DNA of 64,000 nt from Pirellulales bacterium (GTDB lineage: Bacteria; Planctomycetota; Planctomycetia; Pirellulales; Pirellulaceae): assembly GCA_046349815.1 (NCBI GenBank), contig JAXMBQ010000009.1, positions 111,532 through 175,531 of the forward strand. Reading direction: 5' to 3'. The position numbers were made by a program, and so were the translations under genes. Numbering within the stretch: the first letter of the stretch is position 1; each line of letters starts with the position of its first letter. Shown in pieces: positions 54,915-64,000 of the stretch. Under the pieces are notes generated by a model, which searched no databases, had not been told where the DNA came from, and saw only the letters and a program-made list of their open reading frames with translations.

Positions 54915-55586
54915 ATGAACTCAACGACGTGCTCGAACTGCGGTAGAACGATTCGTGTGGATTCGGAACAAACCTCGGGCCATGCCAAGTGCCCGTGCGG
55001 AGCGAAAGTTAAGCTGACGGAACCTCCAGCTTCGTCGTCGAATGACTATCCGATCACTGACCAGCTCCTGCCGGTCGGACCTACTGCAGGCTCGAACGAG
55101 AACGGCGCGGAATCAGATCCATCGCTCTCGTCGGCTTATGCCCCGACATTTACCGAAGGTGCGATGCATCCGGCGACGATCTCTTCGGTTGATCCTGAAC
55201 TGAAAAACGCCAAGTGGATTTTGATCGTCGTCGGATTGATCAATGTCGCCCTCTACGTATTTCAAATCATCAATGCCCAGTCCGAAGTTAATAAACTGAT
55301 CGCAGCCGGTGAAATCCCGGCGGAAGCAGCCGAGTCGTTCTTGATCGGAATACGGATCTTTTTCGGCCTTTTCGCTGCCGCGGGTGCCGCGATGACCATT
55401 CTCGGGTTTGGCGTCCTTCGATTCCCGAGAACATGCACGGTGTTGGGCTTGCTTCTTTACCTCGGCATCAACGGGATTATGTTGCTCCTCGATCCGGCAG
55501 GGATCGGCCGTAACATCATCTTCAAGATTCTCATCATCTTCGGCTTGTTCAAAGCCGTTTCCAGCGCCTTCCGCAATCGGGCTTAA
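54915..55586 (+). CDS. Membrane protein with N-terminal Zn-ribbon-like motif
   Basis: CSNCG...CPCG, Pro/Ser linker, 4 TM helices. Confidence 0.7.
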   Translation: MNSTTCSNCGRTIRVDSEQTSGHAKCPCGAKVKLTEPPASSSNDYPITDQLLPVGPTAGSNENGAESDPSLSSAYAPTFTEGAMHPATISSVDPELKNAKWILIVVGLINVALYVFQIINAQSEVNKLIAAGEIPAEAAESFLIGIRIFFGLFAAAGAAMTILGFGVLRFPRTCTVLGLLLYLGINGIMLLLDPAGIGRNIIFKILIIFGLFKAVSSAFRNRA

Positions 55587-55601
55587 GTGACGCGTGATCG
55601 G

Positions 55602-56879
55602 TTATCGCAATTTCGGGTTGGCCAAGTCGAGGTAAACGGTGATCGACGGATTACCGACGGGAACAAAGTGACCGGTGAAGTCGAGCTTGCCGCTCGACTT
55701 GTCGACTCGGAACACGGCCAGGTTATCCGCTCGTTGATTGCAGCAAGTTAAAAAGCTTCCCGTCGGATCAAAAGCAAAGCTGCGCGGATAGTTGCCGCGC
55801 GTCCAAACATCGTCGACGAACTTGAGCGATCCGTCCGGGCCGATCGCGAATATGGCAATGCTGTCGTGCAGGCGATTCCCTGCATACAGGTATCGTCCGT
55901 CGCGCGAGACTAATACCTCCGAACAGAAATTGCTCCCCGCGTATCCGGGAGGCAAGCTCGAGATCGTCTGACGCGCGGTCAGCTTACCGGTCTGCTGATC
56001 AAAGTCGAACAGCACCAGTGTCGATCCTTCTTCTTGGATCGAATAGAACCACTTGCCTTGCGGATGGAATGCAAAGTGGCGAGGTCCATCGCCTGCAGGT
56101 AATTCGACGAACGGTTGAGCAGCAGGCAGGAGCTTGCCGTTCTTCGCATCGAACTTCCAAATGTTGATGCGGTCCAGACCGAGATCGACATGGAATACGA
56201 ATTGTCCGCTGTGATCGGCCTCGATCATATGAGCATGCGTACGATCGTGTCCGCTGAATGCAAAGCTCCCCGGCGGTGCATGTTCGGCGCGAGTCGGTCC
56301 GATCTTGCCGTCATCGTTCTTGATGTCGGTAGCTTCGCCGAGCTTTCCTTCCGCGAGTATCGGCAACACGGCGACGGAACCGCCGAAGTAGTTGGCGACG
56401 AGAAGATACTTACCCGATGGATGGACGCTGACATAGGTCGGCCCGGCACCGCCTGCCTTCACTGTATTGAGCAGCGTAAGTCCGCCGCTCTTCGGGTCGA
56501 TCGCAAAGGCGCTGATCGTTCCTTCTTTATTCGGTCCTTGACGATCCGTTTCATTCGCCGAGTAAAGCCGCGACCCGTCGGCATTCAACGCTAAGCAGCT
56601 TGGGCTGGTCCCGAGTTCCACTAAGCCCGCCGGTGTCATCGCTCCGCTTGTTCGATCGACTTGGAAGATATGGATACCGCGACCGTTTCCCGGCGGCAGG
56701 TCGACTTGAGTCGGCAACGTGTCTTTCAGCGGTGAACTGAACGTTCCGACATAAGCCATCAAGGGCTTGTCACCGTCGGCGGCGAACATTCGTCCGGCTG
56801 AGTGAGAGGTGAGCATGATACCTGCGCCTGCAGCCGCGGCGCGAACCATCGTACGGCGAGAAATGGGTGAAGACATCAT
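55602..56879 (-). CDS. 6-phosphogluconolactonase-like lactonase (beta-propeller), Tat-exported
   Basis: SRRTMV, YVGT, VANYFGGSV, DLGLD, GPRHFAFHP, PRSFAFDP. Confidence 0.9.
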   Translation of the reverse strand: MMSSPISRRTMVRAAAAGAGIMLTSHSAGRMFAADGDKPLMAYVGTFSSPLKDTLPTQVDLPPGNGRGIHIFQVDRTSGAMTPAGLVELGTSPSCLALNADGSRLYSANETDRQGPNKEGTISAFAIDPKSGGLTLLNTVKAGGAGPTYVSVHPSGKYLLVANYFGGSVAVLPILAEGKLGEATDIKNDDGKIGPTRAEHAPPGSFAFSGHDRTHAHMIEADHSGQFVFHVDLGLDRINIWKFDAKNGKLLPAAQPFVELPAGDGPRHFAFHPQGKWFYSIQEEGSTLVLFDFDQQTGKLTARQTISSLPPGYAGSNFCSEVLVSRDGRYLYAGNRLHDSIAIFAIGPDGSLKFVDDVWTRGNYPRSFAFDPTGSFLTCCNQRADNLAVFRVDKSSGKLDFTGHFVPVGNPSITVYLDLANPKLR

Positions 56880-57084
56880 CGGTTTTCAGGCTGGATTTCA
56901 GAAGGTGGGATGATTTTGAGGAAGCCCTGTAGGATGCCCCGTAGGAAATCTCGGAGGGTGATTAATCCGCATTGTAACTGCTGAAACGGGGACGAGCGCA
57001 GCTTGCCTCGACTTCGGCCCATCTACAATCCCCGATGGTGCCAAGCTGAACGCGACTTGCGCGGCAGACGGAATTCGCAAGCTC

Positions 57085-57184
57085 GGCTTTGTCTCGAAAG
57101 TTGAATCCACGTAGCAGCGTTTCTCCGAAACGCTGATGATTCTGCGTCTCCGAGGGACGCAGCCATATGTTTTGAGACAGAGCC
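57085..57184. mobile_element. ~100-bp MITE-like element, copy 2
   Basis: GGCTTTGTCTCGAAA...TTTTGAGACAGAGCC; near-identical to 38438-38536. Confidence 0.8.
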
Positions 57185-57215
57185 CATAGTGATGCGAGCT
57201 GAAGCAGTTCTTGAA

Positions 57216-57428
57216 GTAGCGCAAGTCTCGCTGTAGCTCGATCTTCCTTATAGTTCGATTTTCGTTGTAGCTCGATATTCAAAATCGAGCCTTTCGACAT
57301 CGCTTCATCGAGCGAGCCTGATGCGAACTCGTTCTCTGAAGATCGGCCGTTCTTTGGTACTTACTCGTGGGGCTCAACTTGGAACGTTGAGCTACATAGT
57401 CGTTGAGCTACAACAACGTGGAGTTACA
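57216..57428. repeat. GTAG-REP doublet with tandemly amplified partial units
   Basis: GTAGCTCGATATTCAAAATCGAGC (57267-57290) and inverted GCTCAACTTGGAACGTTGAGCTAC (57372-57395), each with 16-17 bp periodic partial copies on the outer side. Confidence 0.7.
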
Positions 57429-57431
57429 TCG

Positions 57432-58868
57432 TCACACTTCTTCGACGACTCCGTTACTGTCGGCGAAGCGATCGACCTTTACACCTAGGCGCTGGAGCAT
57501 GGTCACATAGAGATTGGTCAGCGGAATGTCTTCACGAGAAGCCTTGTCTTGCCATGGCTCGCGAGCTCCCATCCAAGCGCCTCCTTGGAACTGAGTGCCG
57601 GCCTTGTTGATGTACTGGCCATGCTTGAAGCCCATGTTCTTGCCGCCGGCCAAGATCAACGGATAGTTCCGTGATAAGTGGAACGCACTGGAGGCCGATC
57701 CGAAGTAGAGCAGCGTATTATCGAGCATCGATCCGGTCCCGGCCGGCTCGGGTGTCTCCTTCAATCGCGAGATGAAGCGACCGAACTCCTCGTTCAGAAA
57801 GCGGCAATAGAGACCGAGATTCTTCCAACCGTCAGGGTTCTTTGTTTCGTGTGTTAGTTGATGCGCGAGATTGAAACCGACCGCGCGTGCCAAGTGATCA
57901 CTCTTGCCGACTCCATTCTCACGACGAATCTGGTATGTCGCCGTTCGCGTGGAATCGGTGCGGAATGCGAGATAGATCAGTTCGAACATGATCTGCAGAT
58001 AGGCTCGCGGTTCATCCACAGTCAGTTCCAGATTCAAATCACCCGTTTCCATGTTGGGGAGCGGCGCGTCGAGCCATTTCTTGGCCTTTTCGACTTTGGT
58101 CTCCGCCTGTCGCACTGATTCCATGTATTCGTCGAGCTGTTTCTGATCTTCGGTCGAGAGCTTGGATCGCAAGGAGCGAGCATCGGCCAGCATATCGTCC
58201 AAAGCACTGCGACTGTGAGCCAATCGTTTGGCCGAATCGGCATCGGCGGCAACGAACAGCTTGTCGAAGATCTGTTTCGGTCGATGCTCGGCCGGGATCG
58301 GTCGGCCTTGTCGATCAAATGACATGGTGTGAGCGCCTCGAGCCGTCCCCGTGCCGCCGTCGGTCGACATCACGAGCGAAGCGAATCGAGTTTGCTCGCC
58401 GATTTGCTCCGCAAATACTTGGTCGATCGAAATCGTGTTGACGTACTCCATGTCACCCTGCCCGGTCGCGGCAGCGGTCAAGAACTGGTCGGCATTGTTA
58501 TGACCATGCATGTTTCGGCCGGCGACATTGGAATATCCGGAGAGCACCGTCAATTGATCGCGCAGCGGCTCGAGTGTCTCCATGCATTTTGTGAAGGTGA
58601 ATTCACGACCGTTACCGTGCGGGAACCATGCCCAATCCTGATACGCCGGATCTTCGGGGAGCGGCATCGGAACGCCGTCGGCAAAGTAAAAGCTCGCGAA
58701 CCGTCGCGGATTCTCTCGCTCATCGGGCGCGGCTGCCCGAACGAGTGAGCCGAGCATCGGCAGCGCCAGTGCAGTTCCGGTACCGCGCAGAAATCGTCGT
58801 CGATCAATGCGGCTTAAGCTGATACCCATGATCACATCCTTACACTTACTTCGTACGAAACAATTCAC
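57432..58868 (-). CDS. DUF1552 domain protein (Tat signal)
   Basis: DRRRFLRG, ISIDQ..A..IG..TRF.SL, TDSTR.AT, LDNT, NLYVTMLQRLGV..DRFADS; start is probably 58829. Confidence 0.88.
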   Translation of the reverse strand: MNCFVRSKCKDVIMGISLSRIDRRRFLRGTGTALALPMLGSLVRAAAPDERENPRRFASFYFADGVPMPLPEDPAYQDWAWFPHGNGREFTFTKCMETLEPLRDQLTVLSGYSNVAGRNMHGHNNADQFLTAAATGQGDMEYVNTISIDQVFAEQIGEQTRFASLVMSTDGGTGTARGAHTMSFDRQGRPIPAEHRPKQIFDKLFVAADADSAKRLAHSRSALDDMLADARSLRSKLSTEDQKQLDEYMESVRQAETKVEKAKKWLDAPLPNMETGDLNLELTVDEPRAYLQIMFELIYLAFRTDSTRTATYQIRRENGVGKSDHLARAVGFNLAHQLTHETKNPDGWKNLGLYCRFLNEEFGRFISRLKETPEPAGTGSMLDNTLLYFGSASSAFHLSRNYPLILAGGKNMGFKHGQYINKAGTQFQGGAWMGAREPWQDKASREDIPLTNLYVTMLQRLGVKVDRFADSNGVVEEV

Positions 58869-61686
58869 TGGTTGCGACGGCAGAGACCATCGATTTCAAT
58901 CCGTCACCGTCACGGCGAACCTTGCCGGCGATCTCATCCAAATCGGCGCGGTCGGCGAACTTCATCGTCCGCCCCAGCGCAAAGGTCGACAGCTTGTGAA
59001 CCATGGCACTGACGAACTGATCCTGCCGATCGGCCAGCAAGATTCGTTTCAATCCATCCATGCCTTCAAGCTTAACGTGATTGGGCAGATCGCTCGATGC
59101 GTCCACCGGCTTCTCACCGATCTTATCTCGCCACTTTCCAAGAGCGTCGTAGTTCTCGAATGCGATCCCCCAGGGATCGATCTTCATGTGGCAGTTGTAG
59201 CACGCAGGTTGTTTGCGATGATCCTCAATCCGTTCTTTGAGCGTCATCTTGGCGATCTCAGGATTGGTCCGATCGATCTGCGGCACCGCAGGCGGTGGAG
59301 GCGGCGGAGGGTCGTTCAGTAGACTCACCAGAATCCACTTTCCCCGCTTGAGCGGATGCGAATCAGGGTAGTCCGAATTCATGGCCAAGACCCCGGCCTG
59401 GGTCAACAAACCGCCTCGCCGAAAATCACTGTTCAACGGCACACGTTGAAATTGGTTTCCATGCACTCCGTTGATGCCGTAATGACGAGCCAACCGCTCA
59501 TTGGCCATCGTGTAATCAGAGTGGATGAAGTTGAGCACACTCTCATTGCGGCGCAGCATCTCTTCAAACACAGCCACAGGTTCTTGCTGCATGGCTTCTT
59601 TGAGCAAGGGATCGAATCCGGGCTGGTGCGTTTGGAAGTTCAAAAAATCCAGCAGTTCCAGGTCCAGCCACTGATGAACGAATTGTTGAGCCAACCGCTG
59701 CGAGCGAGGATCGTCCAGCATCCGTTGCACTTGCTGCTCGAGCACCGGAGGTTCCAGCAGTCGACCGCTGCCGGCCAAGTCCAAGAGCTGGTCATCGGGA
59801 AGACTGCACCACAGAAACATCGACAGTCGCGTTGCCAATTCGTAACCATTCAAAGGTTGCCGCGCGGAACCTTTGCCGCCGGCCGTTTGTTCATCAGTCG
59901 CTTGGACCAGATAGAGAAACTGCGGCGACGATAGAACTGTGGCGAGTGTTTCGACAACGGCTTCTTCAACGCTGTCGCTGCTTGCACGCAAACGTTGGAA
60001 CAGTTGGTGTTTGTTCTCCAGTTCGGCTGTAGTGATCTCCCTTCGCCACGCGCGGCGCATGAAATTGCCAATGACTTCGCGAGCGTAAGCGGATTCATCT
60101 TGCGTTTGGGAATCAGCGAAGAAGATTTGTTTGTGCGAAGCCGGCGGCCACTCATCGTAGACCGGAGCTTCCACTTCGACATAATCGATTTGAATATCAC
60201 CGGGCGAGGCGGAACTGTTTGCCAGTCGAATGTACTCAGATGGGCTCGGCATGCTCCCCATCGGTGACGTTCGGCGAACGGAATTGCGAGGATAGATTTC
60301 GCCCAGCGGGATGTCCCACTGATAGAACTCCGCCGCGCCCGGAGGCGCCGTAATTGCGATGTCCTCTCGACTCACTCGCAACAGAGCTCGGCCTTCGTTG
60401 CTGGCTTGCCATCCGAAGAACAACTGCAAACTCGGATTCTGACCGCCGTCGTTCGATGTGCGACATGCACGCACACGAACTCGCAGTGTCCCTTCATCAG
60501 GGAGACGATTGCCCAGTTCCACATTCAGCCAGCGGCCGGCCGGAATGATTGCCAACTCTTCTACAGCCGTCGGCGGAGCGCTCCGTTGTTCGACCGGCGC
60601 GATCGCGTATTTGGCTTCACCATAATCCCATGCTGCAGGTACGGTTTGGCCGGTAGATGTATTGCGGAAATAGGTTTGCGCTCTCGGCTGAGTAAAGCTC
60701 TGTTCCAGCTTTTCAAGTTCGGCCTTCAGCTTCGCTTCGTCATTCTTGTGTTCCTCTTTCAGCTTCTCGATTTGCTTGGCTTGCTTCGGCCATTCGTGCC
60801 GCGAGATGTCTTTGGCGGTGATCGACCATGCCAGTCGCTGCGGCTGTGATCCATGCACGGTGGCTCGGCGCAGTGCTTGTCTAGCCGAGCGATGAAATGT
60901 CTCGAGCTGACTGACTGACATGCGAAGCTGCTCAGCCGTGTTGCGAAAGCCCTCCGACGACTTGGCTTCAGGCGGGAGATCTTTGGCGAAGTCCCATGAG
61001 AGCCCCAACAAGTCTTGCAGCGCGTAATTGAATTCATACCGTGTCATGCGGCGGAACACGGAATGAGAAGCTGATTGACGACGCACGATGGATGCCGAAT
61101 GCAATTCGCCCGATAACCAATCGACGATCTGAGCTCGCTCTGCATCGTTGAGCTGCTTGCTGTCCGGCGGCGGCATTTCTCCTTTGCTGATGACCGCAAA
61201 AACGTCGGTCCACCAATCGATATCTTTGCCGTTGTGCAAGTTGGGATCGAGCGCGTCGATGCGCATGTTCCCTTCTTGGTTGTCCGGACCGTGGCATTCG
61301 ACGCAGGCACTTCGCAGAATCGGCTCGATCTGCGAGCGGAATTCAGCCAGCTTCGGCTCGGGCCAAGTCGGGGCAGCCGTCGCGTTTGGCAGTGATCCCT
61401 CGTGATTCGTTGTTTGCTCAGCGAGGAGGCGAGAACGGCGACGACCATCCACTTTCAATTGCTCGAGTGTCGGCTTTGTCGCGACAGGTGCATTGTCAGC
61501 AGAGTTTTCATCGGCTCTCGCTCGGGTCACGACTGTGAAAGAACCGAGCCCGATCATGGCTGCCGATGCAACTCCGATGCGAAGTGCGGCCGCGGTGTTT
61601 CTTCGAAAAGCGGCGGCTAGCTGAAAGACGTCGGCGGTCGATGAGCCGACGGAAACGCGTGCCGAAGCATGCCGGAGGTGATGCAT
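58846..61686 (-). CDS. Planctomycete cytochrome c + DUF1587/1595/1592/1588/1585 protein
   Basis: CVECH, RRMTRYE, RAWRR, SPQFLY, ELATRLSMFLW..PD, SHPLKRGKWI, CYNCH.KIDP.G.AFENYD..G.WR. Confidence 0.9.
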   Translation of the reverse strand: MHHLRHASARVSVGSSTADVFQLAAAFRRNTAAALRIGVASAAMIGLGSFTVVTRARADENSADNAPVATKPTLEQLKVDGRRRSRLLAEQTTNHEGSLPNATAAPTWPEPKLAEFRSQIEPILRSACVECHGPDNQEGNMRIDALDPNLHNGKDIDWWTDVFAVISKGEMPPPDSKQLNDAERAQIVDWLSGELHSASIVRRQSASHSVFRRMTRYEFNYALQDLLGLSWDFAKDLPPEAKSSEGFRNTAEQLRMSVSQLETFHRSARQALRRATVHGSQPQRLAWSITAKDISRHEWPKQAKQIEKLKEEHKNDEAKLKAELEKLEQSFTQPRAQTYFRNTSTGQTVPAAWDYGEAKYAIAPVEQRSAPPTAVEELAIIPAGRWLNVELGNRLPDEGTLRVRVRACRTSNDGGQNPSLQLFFGWQASNEGRALLRVSREDIAITAPPGAAEFYQWDIPLGEIYPRNSVRRTSPMGSMPSPSEYIRLANSSASPGDIQIDYVEVEAPVYDEWPPASHKQIFFADSQTQDESAYAREVIGNFMRRAWRREITTAELENKHQLFQRLRASSDSVEEAVVETLATVLSSPQFLYLVQATDEQTAGGKGSARQPLNGYELATRLSMFLWCSLPDDQLLDLAGSGRLLEPPVLEQQVQRMLDDPRSQRLAQQFVHQWLDLELLDFLNFQTHQPGFDPLLKEAMQQEPVAVFEEMLRRNESVLNFIHSDYTMANERLARHYGINGVHGNQFQRVPLNSDFRRGGLLTQAGVLAMNSDYPDSHPLKRGKWILVSLLNDPPPPPPPAVPQIDRTNPEIAKMTLKERIEDHRKQPACYNCHMKIDPWGIAFENYDALGKWRDKIGEKPVDASSDLPNHVKLEGMDGLKRILLADRQDQFVSAMVHKLSTFALGRTMKFADRADLDEIAGKVRRDGDGLKSMVSAVATSELFRTK

Positions 61687-61923
61687 ACGTGGTTCGCTGA
61701 ACGAGGCGGGAAGGGAGCAATGGCAGGATTCGGCAAGTAATTGCCGAAGCGGTTTGAAACTTCGGTGACATGCGGTGAGGCGGGGTTCAACTCATGGTAA
61801 TGGAGAAGCCGCAGTATTGCAAAACTCTCTCTCGACGCTGTGTGGCGCGTCAGGCATGCCAAGTCGTCAACAGAATCCACGCAGTGACAGCTATGCCCTT
61901 AATCAATCTCAAAAAAATCTCGG

Positions 61924-64000
61924 CTACGGGGTCTTTTTCCGAAACTTGAAAACATGTTCTACGCTCGATCGGCTATTGGAAGGGAAATCGATTGCGACTT
62001 CCCCCGGTCCAACGGCTTCATATCCGTCCGGGGCTTTCCATACTCCGTACTTCGGTCCGGATTCGCTATCACCTGATCGACGAAGATATCCATCGGATAC
62101 AAATCGTTTGAAGGTGCCATCTGCGCCCGTCTGGTAGTCACTCGAATCAAACGCATGTTCTCCATCACGATACTGACTGGCCCCGATGTTGGCTCCATCG
62201 ATAGGGTGAGCCCAATCTTCCGCAACTGCGGACTCCAGATAGAAATACGCTCCGGGAATTCCCTTGCCCGTATCGATATCGACTGCTCGCAATACCAACT
62301 CGATGGGCTTGAGCAACGTGAACGTAATGCGAGCCGGATCTGCCGCGGACTTCGCGGGTTCAACTCCGCTCTCGTGAATCTCCCCCCAGCCATTTCTCCA
62401 CTCCGATGCCTGTGATTCGAAGATTGAGCTGCTTCATTCCCGGTGGCGGAAAATCTTTCCAGTAGTTTTCGTAGTGCAACCACGGCAACTCTTTCTTGGA
62501 ATCCAAGTGCAACGTATAGAACCCTTGCGGAAGCTTACATAGAGCCGTTCCACTTGCATCGGTGAGGAATGGACCGAATTTCTTTTGCGATGCGCCATAG
62601 CCCTCGGTTGCAGTGATCTCGATTCCGGCCAACGGAATTTGCTCGTCGCCGCCTAGCATTCGAAGCTTGAACTCCCATTGTGGATTGAGCGCCGCTGAGG
62701 CTTCTAGTGCAGCTTCGCGTTTCGTCGCTTCTTCGGCATGTGTGAAGATGCGATCGTCTTTCTCAATGCGAACGATGGCTTCCCGAACGGATTTTGCGAC
62801 TTGCGGATCGGGATCGTTCTCGAAGGCACGTAACCGTGGAATCATCGATGCCGCTTGGCTTCCGAGTGCAGCCAGCGAAGTAGCGGCTCGACGTCGGTCC
62901 TCTGATTTTCCAGCCGCCACATCAGCTATCAAGACGCTCAGTCCGCGTGCTTTATCAAACCCCGATCTCACGAGCGCGGATGCTGCATAGGAATGAATCT
63001 CGTTCGACGGTGAATCGAGGAGTTTGACAAAGAGCGGTCCAAGCGGTTTGGCGGTCGGCCCATAGCGACCGAGCTGATAAACCGTAACCGGGTCGTCCGT
63101 GTGCTCGGCGAGGTCGTTCATCACATAGGGAGAACGAGCCCCGATGATGATCAGTGCATTGACCGCAGCGTCGTAAGCGACTCGATCCTTCGAATCCAAT
63201 AGCTTGACTAATAGTGGCACCGCGGAACGAGCCTGCTCGCCCATTCGACCGAGCATTTCAATTTCATGGTAGGCAGCAAAGGGCTTCGCGGAATCCGCCA
63301 TCGCGCCTTCAATTTCTTTCTTGAGACGCGGAACCAGGTTCGTCGGATCGGCCCCGGTTAAGAATTCCATAGCAAGCCTACGCTCATCCATCGTCGCAGG
63401 AACGGCACGATCGATGACCTTGAAGAGCGTTTGGATGACTTCGGTACGTTGCGGTACATCCCTCAATTTCCAGTGTACGTCGATGTCGTGAGCTCCGAGC
63501 TGCCATGAGCCCTTGGCCGGATCATCATTGAACGGCTTTCGCAAAATGTCGAGGACTGTTTTTTCGATGTCGGCGTTGGTCGTTGCAAAAGTCTTTTGCG
63601 ATTGCTCATCGGCTGTAGGAACGTCCCCGACCCTGGGTGGTTCTAAAGACTCTTTGCGAATGGACGCAGGCGCATCGGGCGGGATTACCATATCGATGTT
63701 GGCGTCCGTAGCCGAAATGGCTCTATCTGTTTGAATCGCTCCGTTGGCCGAGACTTTATTTTTGTGTTCATGCAAGAACAACGGAGTTTCCCCCGTATCG
63801 ACTTCTTTGTCGTAGTCGCCGGGTCGTGGAAAGATGATTTTGCCTAACTCATCTTTTTGCTGCCGACTATTGAAGCGAATCGTGTAACGCACTTTGTACG
63901 CACCAGGCTTATCAAGCGATCCGAGGCCTGGTGTGAGAAGGCTGAGCTGAGCGACTTCGCCGGGCATGAGTTTCCATGCGACATCGATCGGCCAACCGGT
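61924..64000 (-). CDS. Large HEAT-repeat / Ig-like domain protein, 5'-truncated by the window edge and split by one indel
   Basis: Frame is open to the window end; HEAT repeats (ARSAVPLLVKLL, RRAATSLAALG..IPRL); joins 61924..62316 if one G is removed from the tract at 62382-62387. Confidence 0.7.

Noticed and set aside
57216-57428. CRISPR array
   Set aside because: The period is only 16-17 bp, the units are degenerate and inverted, and there are no cas genes. It fits a REP cluster.

Overview
64 kb of a GC-rich planctomycete chromosome, probably Pirellulaceae-like. The evidence is DUF1598, DUF1552 with DUF1592/1588, DUF1573, planctomycete multiheme cytochromes, beta-RFAP synthase and many Tat-exported enzymes. 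From 1-26.6 kb the coding is clean: ribD, a hydrolase, a long-form pstSCAB operon with a Pho-box-like repeat, a RedB+MCP pair, two multiheme cytochromes and proS-DUF4416-wecA-O-antigen ligase-DUF1573. From about 26.7-53 kb many genes, and even a tRNA, carry small indels. This most likely reflects a low-quality consensus (e.g. long-read), so pseudogene calls there are unsafe. The main accessory feature is an AT-richer island starting at the 3' end of tRNA-Ala(GGC) (43597-43671). It holds an att-like inverted repeat, an IS3/IS407 remnant, a DUF262-DUF1524 (GmrSD/SspE-like) nuclease and an ABC-three-component/Lamassu-type operon (Cap4/DUF4297-like nuclease, DUF6521, DUF3732). An unrecognised ~600-codon gene overlaps the ATPase stop codon and may be a fourth component. 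The window also has several REP/MITE-like repeats, one nested inside another. All family names come from motif recognition by eye, not from database searches.
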